Below are positions 27,632 to 37,899 of a stretch of DNA of 64,000 nucleotides, piece by piece. The stretch lies in the IMG/VR virus record IMGVR_UViG_3300025697_000015; one strand, given 5' to 3'. This stretch comes from an uncultured virus (IMG/VR IMGVR_UViG_3300025697_000015). Taxonomy: Duplodnaviria > Heunggongvirae > Uroviricota > Caudoviricetes. Position 1 is the stretch's first letter, and every line of letters starts with the position of its first letter. Under the pieces are notes generated by a model. It did no database searches. It had not been told where the DNA came from and was given only the letters and a program-made list of their open reading frames with translations. The position numbers and the translations under genes are program-made.

Positions 27632-28498
27632 CTATTCTACAGGTGTTTCATTGGCTCGAATAGACCCGCCACAATAAGCAGTCTGTTTACCAATGTACCG
27701 CATCACGGTACTAAGTTCTTTAACCAGAGCCTTGCCATCAGGATCAGGAAGGAATCGTGTGGAACCTTTAACTCGACGAAGCATCTTAGCCATAGCTTGT
27801 TTTAGCTTATTGGCCATCGTGGAATCTTCGTGAGCCAGACGTTTAATAATATCCAAAGCATGTTCCAGAGTATTCTCAATGGTTTCAGAGGTTTTGTTCT
27901 GCTGGATTTCTTTTTTGGCTTCAGCCAAATCCATTACGATGTATTTCAAGGAAGGGAGGCACTGGGCTACTGATTGTTCACCCCAACCAAAGCCTGGTTT
28001 CCGGCTCAAGCCTACTGGGTATTGACCCATCGGGAGTTTCAGGCCATCTACAGGACTAACGTGATCCCTGCCATAAGCATCCACATACCCTTTACCAACA
28101 CGTTTGGCATAGTGCATTTTCAATTCTCGTTTGGCACTACTCAGAGCTTCATGCCAACTTTTTGGACCCTCATCGAATTTTGCACCATCAATACGACCGG
28201 TCTGGCCGGAATCTGTCAGAGCACCCCAACGCCGTATCACTCTCCAACCACCATCTTCAGGGATAATCAAACCCTCATAGAATTTGGAGTTGTTCTTGGC
28301 CTCATTAATCATATAGACCATAAATCCCATACCGTCTCGAACGGCAGCTTTATTCAAACCATGTTTCAACATGATAGCTTTATGAGCCAAATGTTGCATT
28401 GTGGCATACTTCTCAGGTACCGTCATTGATGCCCAGTTTTCCTTGGCGTAACGATATAAATGAGCTGTTTTATGAACGGCTGTTTTGATACTAGACAT
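27632..28498 (-). CDS. WGR-like domain protein
   Basis: NNSKFYE...VIRRWG...KRVGKGY; class-II motif at 28543-28574. Confidence 0.65.
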   Translation of the reverse strand: MSSIKTAVHKTAHLYRYAKENWASMTVPEKYATMQHLAHKAIMLKHGLNKAAVRDGMGFMVYMINEAKNNSKFYEGLIIPEDGGWRVIRRWGALTDSGQTGRIDGAKFDEGPKSWHEALSSAKRELKMHYAKRVGKGYVDAYGRDHVSPVDGLKLPMGQYPVGLSRKPGFGWGEQSVAQCLPSLKYIVMDLAEAKKEIQQNKTSETIENTLEHALDIIKRLAHEDSTMANKLKQAMAKMLRRVKGSTRFLPDPDGKALVKELSTVMRYIGKQTAYCGGSIRANETPVE

Positions 28499-28575
28499 AA
28501 AAAATCTCCTTCAAGGGCACAAAAAATCAAATCTTTGTTACACCTAAAGGAGACTATTGATAGTTTAACGAGAAT

Positions 28576-29544
28576 TTATCCGTGTTGAGCCAAATAACCC
28601 TCTACTGTAGCCGTACACAAATCATTTAAAAAATTGATGTCCGGAGTCTTCGGAAGTTTGCACTCCCCAGACTTATAATAAGTATCCAACTTAGTATCCA
28701 TTGCCTCAGCAAATTCAATCAATTTATCATAAGACCAGATACCTTTATTACGGATAGCCAGTAGCTCTTCCGCATCAGGACGACGGACATGTACTTCACC
28801 GGTGGTCATCATTTCATAACCCTGTCTCATCAGACGAATCAAATGAGCAGCATGTTTGGTGTCATACCCGTGTTTTGCTTCGAGCTCAGCACGTTTTGGG
28901 TTCCTAAACTTTTTCCAATTCTGATAAGATCTCCAGTTCTTCAAAGCCTGTTTGTAGGATGCCTCTTTCTGGATTTGTTCCCCAAACAACTGCATAGCAT
29001 CAAGACCTGATTTATTTATCATTTCAATAGATTTTTTTAATTCTGTTAAGTCTTGATTATCAGGTAACCCAAAATCTGATCTTTTCGGTTGGGTTTTTAC
29101 AGGGTTAAGTAACCAACCCCGATGTGATTTTATCCGCTTAAGTTGAGCCATAGCATATCCTGAATAAGCATGTTTAACTCTCGTGCAAAGGAACTTATCC
29201 CGATGCTCAATAATTTTTTCCATCCACGGAGTTGTCAGAATGATACAGTCTTCTGGCATCCACAAAAACTCAAGAATGTTCGGATTATTGGCAACAGCCA
29301 ACTTGAAGAACTTTCTGATATTATAAATAACAGAGTCTTCTTTCTCAGGGTAATTCGGGTCAGGCTTTGATTCAGCCTGGTCGAACTCTGAGGCAAATCC
29401 GAACACGATATTTTTAGGAGGAATAGCAATCCCTCTGTAGTCAATATCGGACTCTGAGGTGGCCATACCGTAAGCATGACTCCCACCAATAACTTTAAAA
29501 ATGGTTCGAGCTTTAACATCGAACCATGTTTGATGATCTTGCAT
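28576..29544 (-). CDS. DNA-pol-beta-family nucleotidyltransferase (YcgL / RNA-repair type)
   Basis: GSHAYGMATSESDIDYRG, NPNILE, GYAMAQL, YDTKHAAHLIRL, LLAIR. Confidence 0.88.
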   Translation of the reverse strand: MQDHQTWFDVKARTIFKVIGGSHAYGMATSESDIDYRGIAIPPKNIVFGFASEFDQAESKPDPNYPEKEDSVIYNIRKFFKLAVANNPNILEFLWMPEDCIILTTPWMEKIIEHRDKFLCTRVKHAYSGYAMAQLKRIKSHRGWLLNPVKTQPKRSDFGLPDNQDLTELKKSIEMINKSGLDAMQLFGEQIQKEASYKQALKNWRSYQNWKKFRNPKRAELEAKHGYDTKHAAHLIRLMRQGYEMMTTGEVHVRRPDAEELLAIRNKGIWSYDKLIEFAEAMDTKLDTYYKSGECKLPKTPDINFLNDLCTATVEGYLAQHG

Positions 29545-29555
29545 AATTTTATCCT

Positions 29556-29822
29556 TTACTTACTACCAAACATATCAATGATTTGAAATTCAAACTCATT
29601 GACGTTAATTATACCATCCTGCTCAAAATAACATTTCGAATGAGGCATTTTTTTCAAATTCGTAGCTCGGGTTCGGGTATCCACCACCTTTAAGGTAATA
29701 GTCCCACCAGCCGTGAACGTGTCACCTACCTGAAAACCAGGGTTCTGATCCCAAAGGACATCACCGACTTTCCATTTATTATCTCGGATGGTATTATAAA
29801 GGTCTTCATTCTCTGGAGGCAT
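29556..29822 (-). CDS. hypothetical protein
   Basis: Packed ORF with SD. Confidence 0.6.
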   Translation of the reverse strand: MPPENEDLYNTIRDNKWKVGDVLWDQNPGFQVGDTFTAGGTITLKVVDTRTRATNLKKMPHSKCYFEQDGIINVNEFEFQIIDMFGSK

Positions 29823-29826
29823 AATT

Positions 29827-30888
29827 TTATCCTTTCTTAATAGGAACTACATCATGCATAGCATCTGCAAAGGTTCCTATCGGGGTTCTACCTGCCAACT
29901 TTTCTTGAATCATCCTGTCAATGTTGGCAGGTTTATTTTTAAATGTAATATGCTGCCCGCCTTCAGGAGGGGAATTTCTTAATTCTAACACCCCTCTATT
30001 TATCAAAGCATCCAGAATATTCTGTCGTTCTTCTCGGGTTTCAAGTATATCTGCACCCATATCCCACTGACCTAGAAAATACCCTACTCCAACAAAAGGT
30101 AATCTGACAGCTGCCATGATTAATCCTTCCATGAAGTACAGTTCATCCATCGTGAAACTCAATGCAACTTGTTCCTTTTCTTGCTCAGGCTTGGAAATAA
30201 TCTTAACAGGTTCCAAGTGATCTTCTTTCAAGGAAGCCAGTTTCGATTTTGCCTTTGCCAGTGCTTCATTTTTCAAGGATTCCAGTTCAGTTTTTATAAT
30301 ATCTTCCGCTGTTTTGAGATTGATCTGATCTTCTTTTTCGGCATCCAGTTCATCCTGTCGTTCTTTTTGAACAATATCAATGGCATCCATCAAATCAATA
30401 CAACCGAAAGCTGCCTCCTTGATTCGATGAGACAATCCTCCTGTCCAAGTGGCTGCCCATGTTTTTTTTCCAAATAACCGAGCTGTTTCCAATGCAGGAG
30501 CTAAATCCCCATCACCGGACATCAATACAGCCACGTCAAACACATCCATTGCAGCCATCCGTACAATATCGGCTACTATAGTTGTATCTACCTCTTTCTC
30601 CCGTGCATACTCATAGTTCTTGTCACACAGAGGGCAGTGGGCTTTCATTTTCTTGAGAGGGAACCGGCGGACAAAGAATCCTTGGGTTCTCTCTAATTTA
30701 TCCATAAATGTATGAATCCCAGACCCCGGAAGGTCTCCTGAGTAATAATGAACTCCAAAGAGCTCGTCTCCACCAACCTTCTTCATCACCCATTTCATTA
30801 ACCAAGACCAATCAAACGGATAGCCATCGGCTTGATCAAGCCATTGGCGGTGAAAGTTTTGGCCATCTATAAATATTGCTACCTTCAT
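29827..30888 (-). CDS. NYN (LabA/DUF88) PIN-fold nuclease domain protein
   Basis: FIDGQN, EKEVD, MSGDGDL. Confidence 0.85.
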   Translation of the reverse strand: MKVAIFIDGQNFHRQWLDQADGYPFDWSWLMKWVMKKVGGDELFGVHYYSGDLPGSGIHTFMDKLERTQGFFVRRFPLKKMKAHCPLCDKNYEYAREKEVDTTIVADIVRMAAMDVFDVAVLMSGDGDLAPALETARLFGKKTWAATWTGGLSHRIKEAAFGCIDLMDAIDIVQKERQDELDAEKEDQINLKTAEDIIKTELESLKNEALAKAKSKLASLKEDHLEPVKIISKPEQEKEQVALSFTMDELYFMEGLIMAAVRLPFVGVGYFLGQWDMGADILETREERQNILDALINRGVLELRNSPPEGGQHITFKNKPANIDRMIQEKLAGRTPIGTFADAMHDVVPIKKG

Positions 30889-30891
30889 GGT

Positions 30892-31550
30892 TTATCCTTT
30901 TTGTATTTGGTTCCATACCGAAAGCACTTGCTCTCGTGTGTTTTCACGAGACACGTCCGTATTAATAGACCAAGTTTTCGTATCCGCCGGATAAGTTGCA
31001 CCCATCCGTTGGCAAAATAGGGCGTGTTTAGCCTCATCTTTAGTTACCCCATCCCTAGCCATTACTCTCTGTAGCCTAGTGGCTGGGTCGGCTGTTACAG
31101 TAATGACTCCCCAAGCTCTGTCATGGATTTCCTGAAGGCAAGGGTGTCGAGTAAGTAACGTAGGGTCTGTAAACAAAGCAGCCTCAACGACAATGACATT
31201 CTCTGGAGTATGTCGTCGGTAAGTCCTCCATAGTCCCAGAGTCTTATAAGAAATAAGAGGCATCATAATTCTCTCTAGCCTCTGTTTAGCACCCGTATCC
31301 TGAAAATCATCCGTCGGAACTTTGGCCGAATCAGGTTTCCCTGCTGGTTAAAGTATTTATCTCCGAATTCTTCCCTGATTAAAAGAGCACCACCCGAATG
31401 AGTGATTAAAAACTTAGCAATCTCATCTGCATCGATGACTTTATAAGCTCCAAACTCCTTCAAATCCTGACCGACACTGCTTTTACCACTAGCAATACCA
31501 CCTGTCAGGATAATGAGTTTTCGTCTGTTTTTTGTCCAATCATCTGACAT
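30892..31550 (-). pseudogene. coaE: dephospho-CoA kinase-like gene split by a -1 frameshift near 31303-31306
   Basis: LTGGIASGKS, IDADEIA...RRMIF in one frame; QDTGAKQRLERIMMPLI...VEAALF...RLQRVMARDG continues in the -1 frame. Confidence 0.8.
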
Positions 31551-32350
31551 TATGCCACCTTATTGATGACATCCACGATTTCGTCAGTTACGAGAAAACC
31601 TTGCTCAGTGGCTTCGATTTCGGCAGTTCCGCCAGCACGAAGCATGAAGTCTGTTAAGGGTTCAAGACGGTAACTCACATATCTGCTGACAGGCAACAGG
31701 CCACGAATCATATTCTTAGCCACTGTTTTAGGGGCTGATTTGACTGCTGGGGCTTTACCGTTAGGGGCAGGGGTCAGGATTTTCGACCAGATTTTCAAGC
31801 CTTGCAAGTAAATTGTGCCATCCAACGGGGCTTTAGCATCATCAGTACAGGCTCGGCATTTGCATTTACGGCCTGTATCGGCTACACATCGGTAAACACG
31901 AGCACCGACAACCACTTCACCATCCATAACCAGAGGTTCGTAAACGTGGGCTGTGGTTGATTCTGATTCCTGAGTGTCATCGAGAGTACGATTGAAAGAA
32001 TCTTTCAACTCCATCATAGCCTCACCAATGTTGGCAGCAAGGATGGGGGTCAAAACTTTGTTTTTGCCTTTACCAATATAACCTTGAAGGCCACGTTTGG
32101 TAGCTTCGGCAGTGAGGTCAGCTACGGTCATAGCGTCCAGAGCCTTCAGGCTGCGTTCTACCAGACGTTCGTAGCTAAAGCCTGTAATCATTACAGTATG
32201 GACTACATCGTCACCGTAGGTCACTTTAGAACCCTTGGGGCCGACTGTTTTACCAACCTTTTGAGTGATAAGACCTGAGAAGGTTCCCTTACGAGAGCTG
32301 TTTAAAAGCATTCCTAAGAGTGGGCTATTTGCATTTGTTCTTTGTGTCAT
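31550..32350 (-). CDS. hypothetical protein, paralog of 33237-33995
   Basis: Shared TYG.D.V...TGF..E.L.ERS, PL..DGE.V.GA..Y, GTIY..G.K and KTVAK..IR..LP...YV.Y.L. Confidence 0.8.
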   Translation of the reverse strand: MTQRTNANSPLLGMLLNSSRKGTFSGLITQKVGKTVGPKGSKVTYGDDVVHTVMITGFSYERLVERSLKALDAMTVADLTAEATKRGLQGYIGKGKNKVLTPILAANIGEAMMELKDSFNRTLDDTQESESTTAHVYEPLVMDGEVVVGARVYRCVADTGRKCKCRACTDDAKAPLDGTIYLQGLKIWSKILTPAPNGKAPAVKSAPKTVAKNMIRGLLPVSRYVSYRLEPLTDFMLRAGGTAEIEATEQGFLVTDEIVDVINKVA

Positions 32351-32395
32351 TGTCGTTCTCCTTAAAAAATTGTCAGTGTTTCATCTTCTACACTT

Positions 32396-32468
32396 CAACA
32401 ACCCACAAAAAAGAGAAACTAAGCCAAAAGTAATAATCAGCTTAGTTTTCAAAAGTTGTGGGTTGTTG
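32396..32468. promoter_or_regulatory. divergent pair of class-I motifs (32396-32424 minus, 32440-32468 plus)
   Basis: Back-to-back copies at a strand switch. Confidence 0.75.
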
Positions 32469-32489
32469 TAGTAGAAAAAGGAGAACACT

Positions 32490-33260
32490 ATGGACATTTC
32501 AGAAATGAGAGTACTTACGCAATTTTTAAAATGGGTAGTAATAACAGGAATCCCTTATTACATGCTAATAGGGTTGGCATTTATTGTCTTTCTCATATTG
32601 ATTGAGGCAACTAATATGGCTTTGCGGTCAGGATATAGAGAGTACCTTAATAAAGAATTACCCTCTAATGATGACCCTTCCAACCTCTTCACATACCTAA
32701 AAACTATTATTTTTTGGCCTTATATGTTCAAGATTATGCTTTAAGCTATCTGGAACAAACGAGCTTTTCTTGAACAGATCATCGAATCAGGGAAAGAGAA
32801 GAAAAAGATCAGGGAAGTCAAAGACATAAATGGAGAAATTGAAAGGATTACAAAAATCCTAAGAGACAAACTTCCCCCAAGCCGTCTTAAAGACATGTTA
32901 GAAGGTGTCCTACCTGCAAAGATGGAACAACAACGGGCTGATTTTAACATAACAAAAGATGGAATACCCCAAAAATCTACACCGGTATGTTTAGTTTCAG
33001 GTTCTTACCAAAAAGGGGTTGGTGGTTTAACTAAAGTCTTTACCCACACCATTTTCCCACTGGAAGACAAACATATTCTTTTCAGAATAGATGGTCAAAA
33101 TTGTATAGAAATGGACGTTGCCTATAGCCATGATGAAGCTATCAAGTTATGTGAAGAAGATTTCGAGTGGTTAAAAGCCTGTGCCCCCGATCATGAATCT
33201 GATCGGGAAGCATTTATGGCTAACTTACGAGATCAATTAGGCACCAATCTTGAAGAGTGA
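32490..33260 (+). pseudogene. membrane-anchored hypothetical gene interrupted by an in-frame TAA at 32742-32744
   Basis: The frame stays open from 32745 to 33260; the ATG at 32895 has no SD. Confidence 0.55.
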
Positions 33261-33995
33261 TCTAACAAGTTCGGAGTTGATTTCCATACCGGCTGCTTTT
33301 GCATCAGCACTAGCAGCTTGACCAACGGTTAAGCCTAAGTAATTACCTACACCAAGGCAGTAATTGACATACAAGCCAATGGGTAATCGTTTTCGGATGA
33401 TATCCTTGGCAACCGTCTTGGCTTTTTTCTTGGTTTCCCATTGCTGGGCAGCTTCGATCACGACTTCACCCAGCTTAACACCGCTGATGTAAATCGTGCC
33501 CGGAATCGGAGCACGGTGGTTCTCAGGGTTAGCTTTGCCAGTGTAAATCTTAGCTCCACGAACTTTCTCCCCATCAACTATCAGAGGACCCCAAATTTCT
33601 TCTTTCGGCATCTCAGGGGTGATGTCCCTGAAATCTTCCTCCAGAATTGGTTTGGATAATGATTGCTGAACCTCAGAAGCTGCCTCTGCAACTTCCTTGA
33701 CGGTAATATTAGGAAATCCAGCGTCTTGGACTGTTTTGGTCAGATTCTTAATGAAGGAATCTGATGTCTCCCAAAGCTCATTGAATTTTTCAGAACTTCG
33801 TTCCATCAAAGCTTCGTGATTGAAACCTGTCCAGACCAAAGCTTTAACCAAATCATTTCCATAGGTTTGCTTGTTTCCAGCCTTGCCTCGAACAACACCT
33901 TTTTTCCGGACTGTTATGCACACAATTGTGCCGTTTCCAGAGTTACCTACTTCGGTAAGGATGTTTGCTAAATGTAAATTTTTTACTTCTGTCAT
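33237..33995 (-). CDS. hypothetical protein, paralog of 31550-32350
   Basis: Motifs shared with the paralog; SD AGGAGG. Confidence 0.8.
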   Translation of the reverse strand: MTEVKNLHLANILTEVGNSGNGTIVCITVRKKGVVRGKAGNKQTYGNDLVKALVWTGFNHEALMERSSEKFNELWETSDSFIKNLTKTVQDAGFPNITVKEVAEAASEVQQSLSKPILEEDFRDITPEMPKEEIWGPLIVDGEKVRGAKIYTGKANPENHRAPIPGTIYISGVKLGEVVIEAAQQWETKKKAKTVAKDIIRKRLPIGLYVNYCLGVGNYLGLTVGQAASADAKAAGMEINSELVRSLFKIGA

Positions 33996-34048
33996 GGGAT
34001 AATACCTCCTTGTTTATATTCAAGTAGTATTACCCCAAAAAATTAGGA

Positions 34049-34993
34049 TTATTTGGCAGGGCTTACATCAACATCATAAGAGCCATCAGAACCTGTGTGG
34101 AATACAAGTCCACCAGCATCCAGAATAACTTTATCCGCTCGGTTGTAGTCCTTTTCAATCAGGGCTGAGGACAATTCTCCGTCTGCAATAATTTTCTCTA
34201 AATGTTCTCCAGCCAATACATAAACAGAGGAAGTGTCTGTTTGGATAGTGGCAGCTTTCTTGGATAAATATCGTTGAGCCAAGCGTTTCTCAGGGTCTCC
34301 AACCATACCTTCTCGAATGAATCTGTCAGCCAAGTCCCGAGATTGTTTCTCAAGCTTGTTTTCCATTTTCTCTAGTTCATCGTAATATTTATCGGATTCC
34401 ATCAAATGGTCCATAGTAATTTCTAAAGCCATGTTCGGATCATCTGTATGCTCCATCTCAACCTTCTGACCTTTTGCCAGAGCATCAGGGTCGAAATCTT
34501 CGGGTTTCTTGTCTTTAGCTTTGCCACCTGGGATCTTTTCTTCTGCCAATTTTGCGTCTCCATCTGTATGCAGAGCAACAACAGAACCATTGTCAAACAT
34601 GAGATTAACAATATGAGGGTCCCAATCAGTAGCCTCTACAGCAGTTACTTGATGGCCTTTTAAATCCAGAACCGTGTAAGCATCATTAATCATACTGGCT
34701 TGAATCACTTTAGCTCCCGGGGGTGGAGTATGAATAAACACCATCGAACCGTCACTCATGGTCACATCAGCAACACCATCGAAGTCAGCAATATCCACAC
34801 TGGCAACTGTTTTCCCAACCAAACCTTGAACGGTATTGAGGTCACTAACAATAGCAGCCACTTTACCACCTTTCATTTTCTGAAAGACTCCTGATATGTA
34901 AGACCAGTCTTCTTGGTGTCCATTCTTATCAGCAATCATAGTAGCTTTTTTCCAGAGCCGTTTGTCTTCGGGGCTTTTTACAAAATTTGGCAT
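34049..34993 (-). CDS. multi-domain putative virion protein with DUF5661-like segment
   Basis: KGQKVEMEHTDDP..ALEITMDHL.E..KYY..L.KME; internal duplicated domain; class-II motif at 35021-35053. Confidence 0.65.
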   Translation of the reverse strand: MPNFVKSPEDKRLWKKATMIADKNGHQEDWSYISGVFQKMKGGKVAAIVSDLNTVQGLVGKTVASVDIADFDGVADVTMSDGSMVFIHTPPPGAKVIQASMINDAYTVLDLKGHQVTAVEATDWDPHIVNLMFDNGSVVALHTDGDAKLAEEKIPGGKAKDKKPEDFDPDALAKGQKVEMEHTDDPNMALEITMDHLMESDKYYDELEKMENKLEKQSRDLADRFIREGMVGDPEKRLAQRYLSKKAATIQTDTSSVYVLAGEHLEKIIADGELSSALIEKDYNRADKVILDAGGLVFHTGSDGSYDVDVSPAK

Positions 34994-35075
34994 AATACAT
35001 CTCCAGTAGTTTATCATGTTCCTATTAAGGAGGTACAATAGAAACTTTACTGAATTTCCCCTCTAAAACAGATTT

Positions 35076-35336
35076 TTAATTAGGTAGATCTTTAGCATCT
35101 GTAAATGTTACTTCGACCTGACCATTTTTTTCTCCTTGGTCTAACCTAAATAATTTTTTCACCAGACCTTCAACACCTAGTTTTTTTTCCTTTTCTGTTA
35201 CAGGATGGCATTTTCCACAATGATGTAACTCTATAGAACCATCTTCAAAATCTTTATAGATTTTAAGTTGGTTATTTTTTCTTAATATTTCAACATCTTC
35301 GTGAAATTCATACCCACATCTTTTACATTTTACCAT
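35076..35336 (-). CDS. small Zn-ribbon protein
   Basis: CKRC...CGKC. Confidence 0.6.
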   Translation of the reverse strand: MVKCKRCGYEFHEDVEILRKNNQLKIYKDFEDGSIELHHCGKCHPVTEKEKKLGVEGLVKKLFRLDQGEKNGQVEVTFTDAKDLPN

Positions 35337-35341
35337 TATAC

Positions 35342-36271
35342 CTATTCCTCAAATAATCCCAAAACTCCCTTATCTTCTTTTACAATCGTGGTATCTATCT
35401 CTAAACCTTCGGGGGGAGTTAACCCGTGTGGGTGGTCTACCCCATAATGGTTCAAAAGTTTCCAGTCTAATTCCTCAAGATAATCACGTCCATACTCACC
35501 ATTTTCCAACCCTTCATACAGATTATCAGGAAGGTTTTGAGAGATAGCAGGATGCATTGAAGCAGCAGCCATAGCCACAGCAGCAACCGTGTCTGTGTCA
35601 CCGGAGAAAGCTATACAAAGCCGAAGTATTTTTTGAAGGTTGTCGAAGTGGCTCACAGCCATAATAGCAGCACGAACCACAGGGATACCGTCTACCTTAA
35701 CTCTCCATTTCCAGACTTCATCCCAAGGATAACCAGGTATTTCTCCCCTGATTGTAGCTCCTAATTTATCTTGTGGGCAGCCGTCCAGACATAACCAAAC
35801 CAACAAAGCCGATGCAGCAGCTGCATCCATCCCCTGCCGTGTGGCGTGGGTCAGGGAGGCCTGAAACATTGCCATATCAATAGCTTCATGTCGATTAGAT
35901 ATGAGGCCACACGGGGCTGCCCTCATAGCTCCACCCGACCGTTTACTGAATGGAACGATAATGTCAAGGAAATCATGGCCATTTGTACAATTCTCTAAAA
36001 CTTTTCTAAATCCTGGCATATATCCAGGACGGGGGTCTCGTTTATAGGCTTTAACAAAATGGTCAGCTAAATTGGCAGTTGTCAATTCCCCAGACAATAA
36101 AGTCTCTGCTACGGCAGTCATCATCTGACAATCGTCAGTAAAACGACCATTACCGAGATTCCATTTTGGATGTTTTCGATAAGTTAAATCATTCAAAGGT
36201 GGGATGGTCTCCACAGGGACACCCTCAAAGGCTGCTCCAACAGCATCTCCGATACCAGCTTCTACTAACAT
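35342..36271 (-). CDS. ADP-ribosylglycohydrolase (DraG/ARH family)
   Basis: IGDAVGAAFE, FTDD, GGAMRAAP, LTH, GDTDT. Confidence 0.92.
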   Translation of the reverse strand: MLVEAGIGDAVGAAFEGVPVETIPPLNDLTYRKHPKWNLGNGRFTDDCQMMTAVAETLLSGELTTANLADHFVKAYKRDPRPGYMPGFRKVLENCTNGHDFLDIIVPFSKRSGGAMRAAPCGLISNRHEAIDMAMFQASLTHATRQGMDAAAASALLVWLCLDGCPQDKLGATIRGEIPGYPWDEVWKWRVKVDGIPVVRAAIMAVSHFDNLQKILRLCIAFSGDTDTVAAVAMAAASMHPAISQNLPDNLYEGLENGEYGRDYLEELDWKLLNHYGVDHPHGLTPPEGLEIDTTIVKEDKGVLGLFEE

Positions 36272-36834
36272 AAGCCCTCCTCCTTATATTTAGCCACTAA
36301 AGAACACCATTCTTGAAATTCAATATCCATCAAAGAACCCTTAATTTTATTGATGTGTTTATGTACCCACTGAATATTATTTAGCGTATACCCTTTTAAA
36401 CTATCAATACGGTCTAATGAAGCAGTTCGTTTTGTTTTTTGTCTATCACGAGGAGCAAAAATAAGAGGCACCCCTGATAAAGCACATTTTCTATCTTGTC
36501 TCTGAAATAAATCCCAAATTTGCTTTATTGTAACATCAAATACTAAATTACGTTTTTTTGCCCTATTTTTAAGAATATGCCAAAAAGACCCGCTAATTTC
36601 ACCATAGCCTGTCCATTGAGTACTGTTTCTTTGACTACGTTGACACCCACAAGAGAAAGAACTATCTTGGTGGAGTAAGGTGTATCTATTCCTAATGATT
36701 GCTTTCCCACAAGAACAAACACAATTGTAATCAGGACGTTTCTGAGCATCTTGTCCCTGAAGACTAATAACTGTGACAAATCCTATCCTAGTTCCTATAA
36801 TATCTTCGAAGGTTTTACGTTTAAAGGCTTTCAT
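36265..36834 (-). CDS. HNH-type endonuclease (homing-endonuclease-like)
   Basis: CVCSCG, SCGC, KCALSG, ASLDRIDSLKGYTLNNIQWVHKHIN. Confidence 0.82.
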   Translation of the reverse strand: MKAFKRKTFEDIIGTRIGFVTVISLQGQDAQKRPDYNCVCSCGKAIIRNRYTLLHQDSSFSCGCQRSQRNSTQWTGYGEISGSFWHILKNRAKKRNLVFDVTIKQIWDLFQRQDRKCALSGVPLIFAPRDRQKTKRTASLDRIDSLKGYTLNNIQWVHKHINKIKGSLMDIEFQEWCSLVAKYKEEGLC

Positions 36835-37415
36835 TGTGGGGCTCCTTTACAAGCCGAAACTGCACAACACCAGTCAATGAATTCTTTTTGGGTGTATCTT
36901 TGTTTCATCCAATTGATTTTTTTATGTAACCACTGAATATTATCCAAGGTATACCCTTTACTGCTATCTATTCTATCAAGAGATGCAGTAGTGTTAGGAG
37001 ATATGCTACTTGTATCCGAAGAAAAAGATATAGGAACACCACTTAAAGCACATAAACTTTTCTGTTCCTCAAATAACTCCCATGCTTGTTCTATTGTAAT
37101 TTCAAAACACAATTTTCGTATTTTAGCAAGGTTGGTAAAATATTTCCACATAGTGCTGCTAATATCCCCATGACCTTTCCAGGAAGGGTGTTGTTGACGT
37201 AGACGGTTCTCAGGTTTTAAACAACCACACGATTTTATATGGGCTGTCAGTAAAGACACCCTTTTAGCCTCTGTAATATTCCCGCAATCACATTGACAAC
37301 GGTAAATATAATTACCTCTTTTTTTATTGTAAGGCTCCTTACGAAGAAAAGCAATAACAGTTAAGATGCCTGATCGTCGGCCTATAATATCATTTACATC
37401 TATACGTTTCATCAT
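36831..37415 (-). CDS. HNH-type endonuclease, tandem paralog
   Basis: CQCDCG, KSCGC, CALSG, ASLDRIDSSKGYTLDNIQWLHKKIN. Confidence 0.82.
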   Translation of the reverse strand: MMKRIDVNDIIGRRSGILTVIAFLRKEPYNKKRGNYIYRCQCDCGNITEAKRVSLLTAHIKSCGCLKPENRLRQQHPSWKGHGDISSTMWKYFTNLAKIRKLCFEITIEQAWELFEEQKSLCALSGVPISFSSDTSSISPNTTASLDRIDSSKGYTLDNIQWLHKKINWMKQRYTQKEFIDWCCAVSACKGAPQ

Positions 37416-37449
37416 TATATACCTTTCATAAAATACCTCTACCAGCATC

Positions 37450-37479
37450 AGTATATAACAGTATTTCAGCATTTGTCAA
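37450..37479 (-). promoter_or_regulatory. sigma70-like promoter for the HNH pair
   Basis: TTGACA (37479-37474) followed by TGTTATATACT. Confidence 0.55.
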
Positions 37480-37518
37480 GCTGGAAATATTTTTATTTTA
37501 CCTTTCACTGAATAGTTG

Positions 37519-37899
37519 TCATTCTAAAAGGTTAAGGGAAATGAGTCTCCATTGGTAATCACCTATTTGTTCTATTTCACCAACGAACCTTGTTCGTATT
37601 TGAGCCCCAAACCCATTCTGAGCATCAACATATGAAACAATCCTATAGGTATGATTTCCTAATGAAGTTACATGGTCTAATTTTCCATCAAATATACCTG
37701 GGAATTCTGCTGTGCTAGGAGATTTTAAACGTCCCTCAACAAAATCTTCCATCATGTGATATGCCCCACATTTATTATCCCGTGTTTTCCAAGCATTCGG
37801 GTCATGTGGTTCATTACTGCTACCAAAAGCTAAAAAGATAAATGATGCAATACCTATAAATGACATCATCTGTTTAAACAATAATTTCTTGGTTTTCAT
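37519..37899 (-). CDS. exported/membrane hypothetical protein
   Basis: Signal-like N-terminus; LKSPSTAEF...SYVDAQNGFGA. Confidence 0.7.
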   Translation of the reverse strand: MKTKKLLFKQMMSFIGIASFIFLAFGSSNEPHDPNAWKTRDNKCGAYHMMEDFVEGRLKSPSTAEFPGIFDGKLDHVTSLGNHTYRIVSYVDAQNGFGAQIRTRFVGEIEQIGDYQWRLISLNLLE

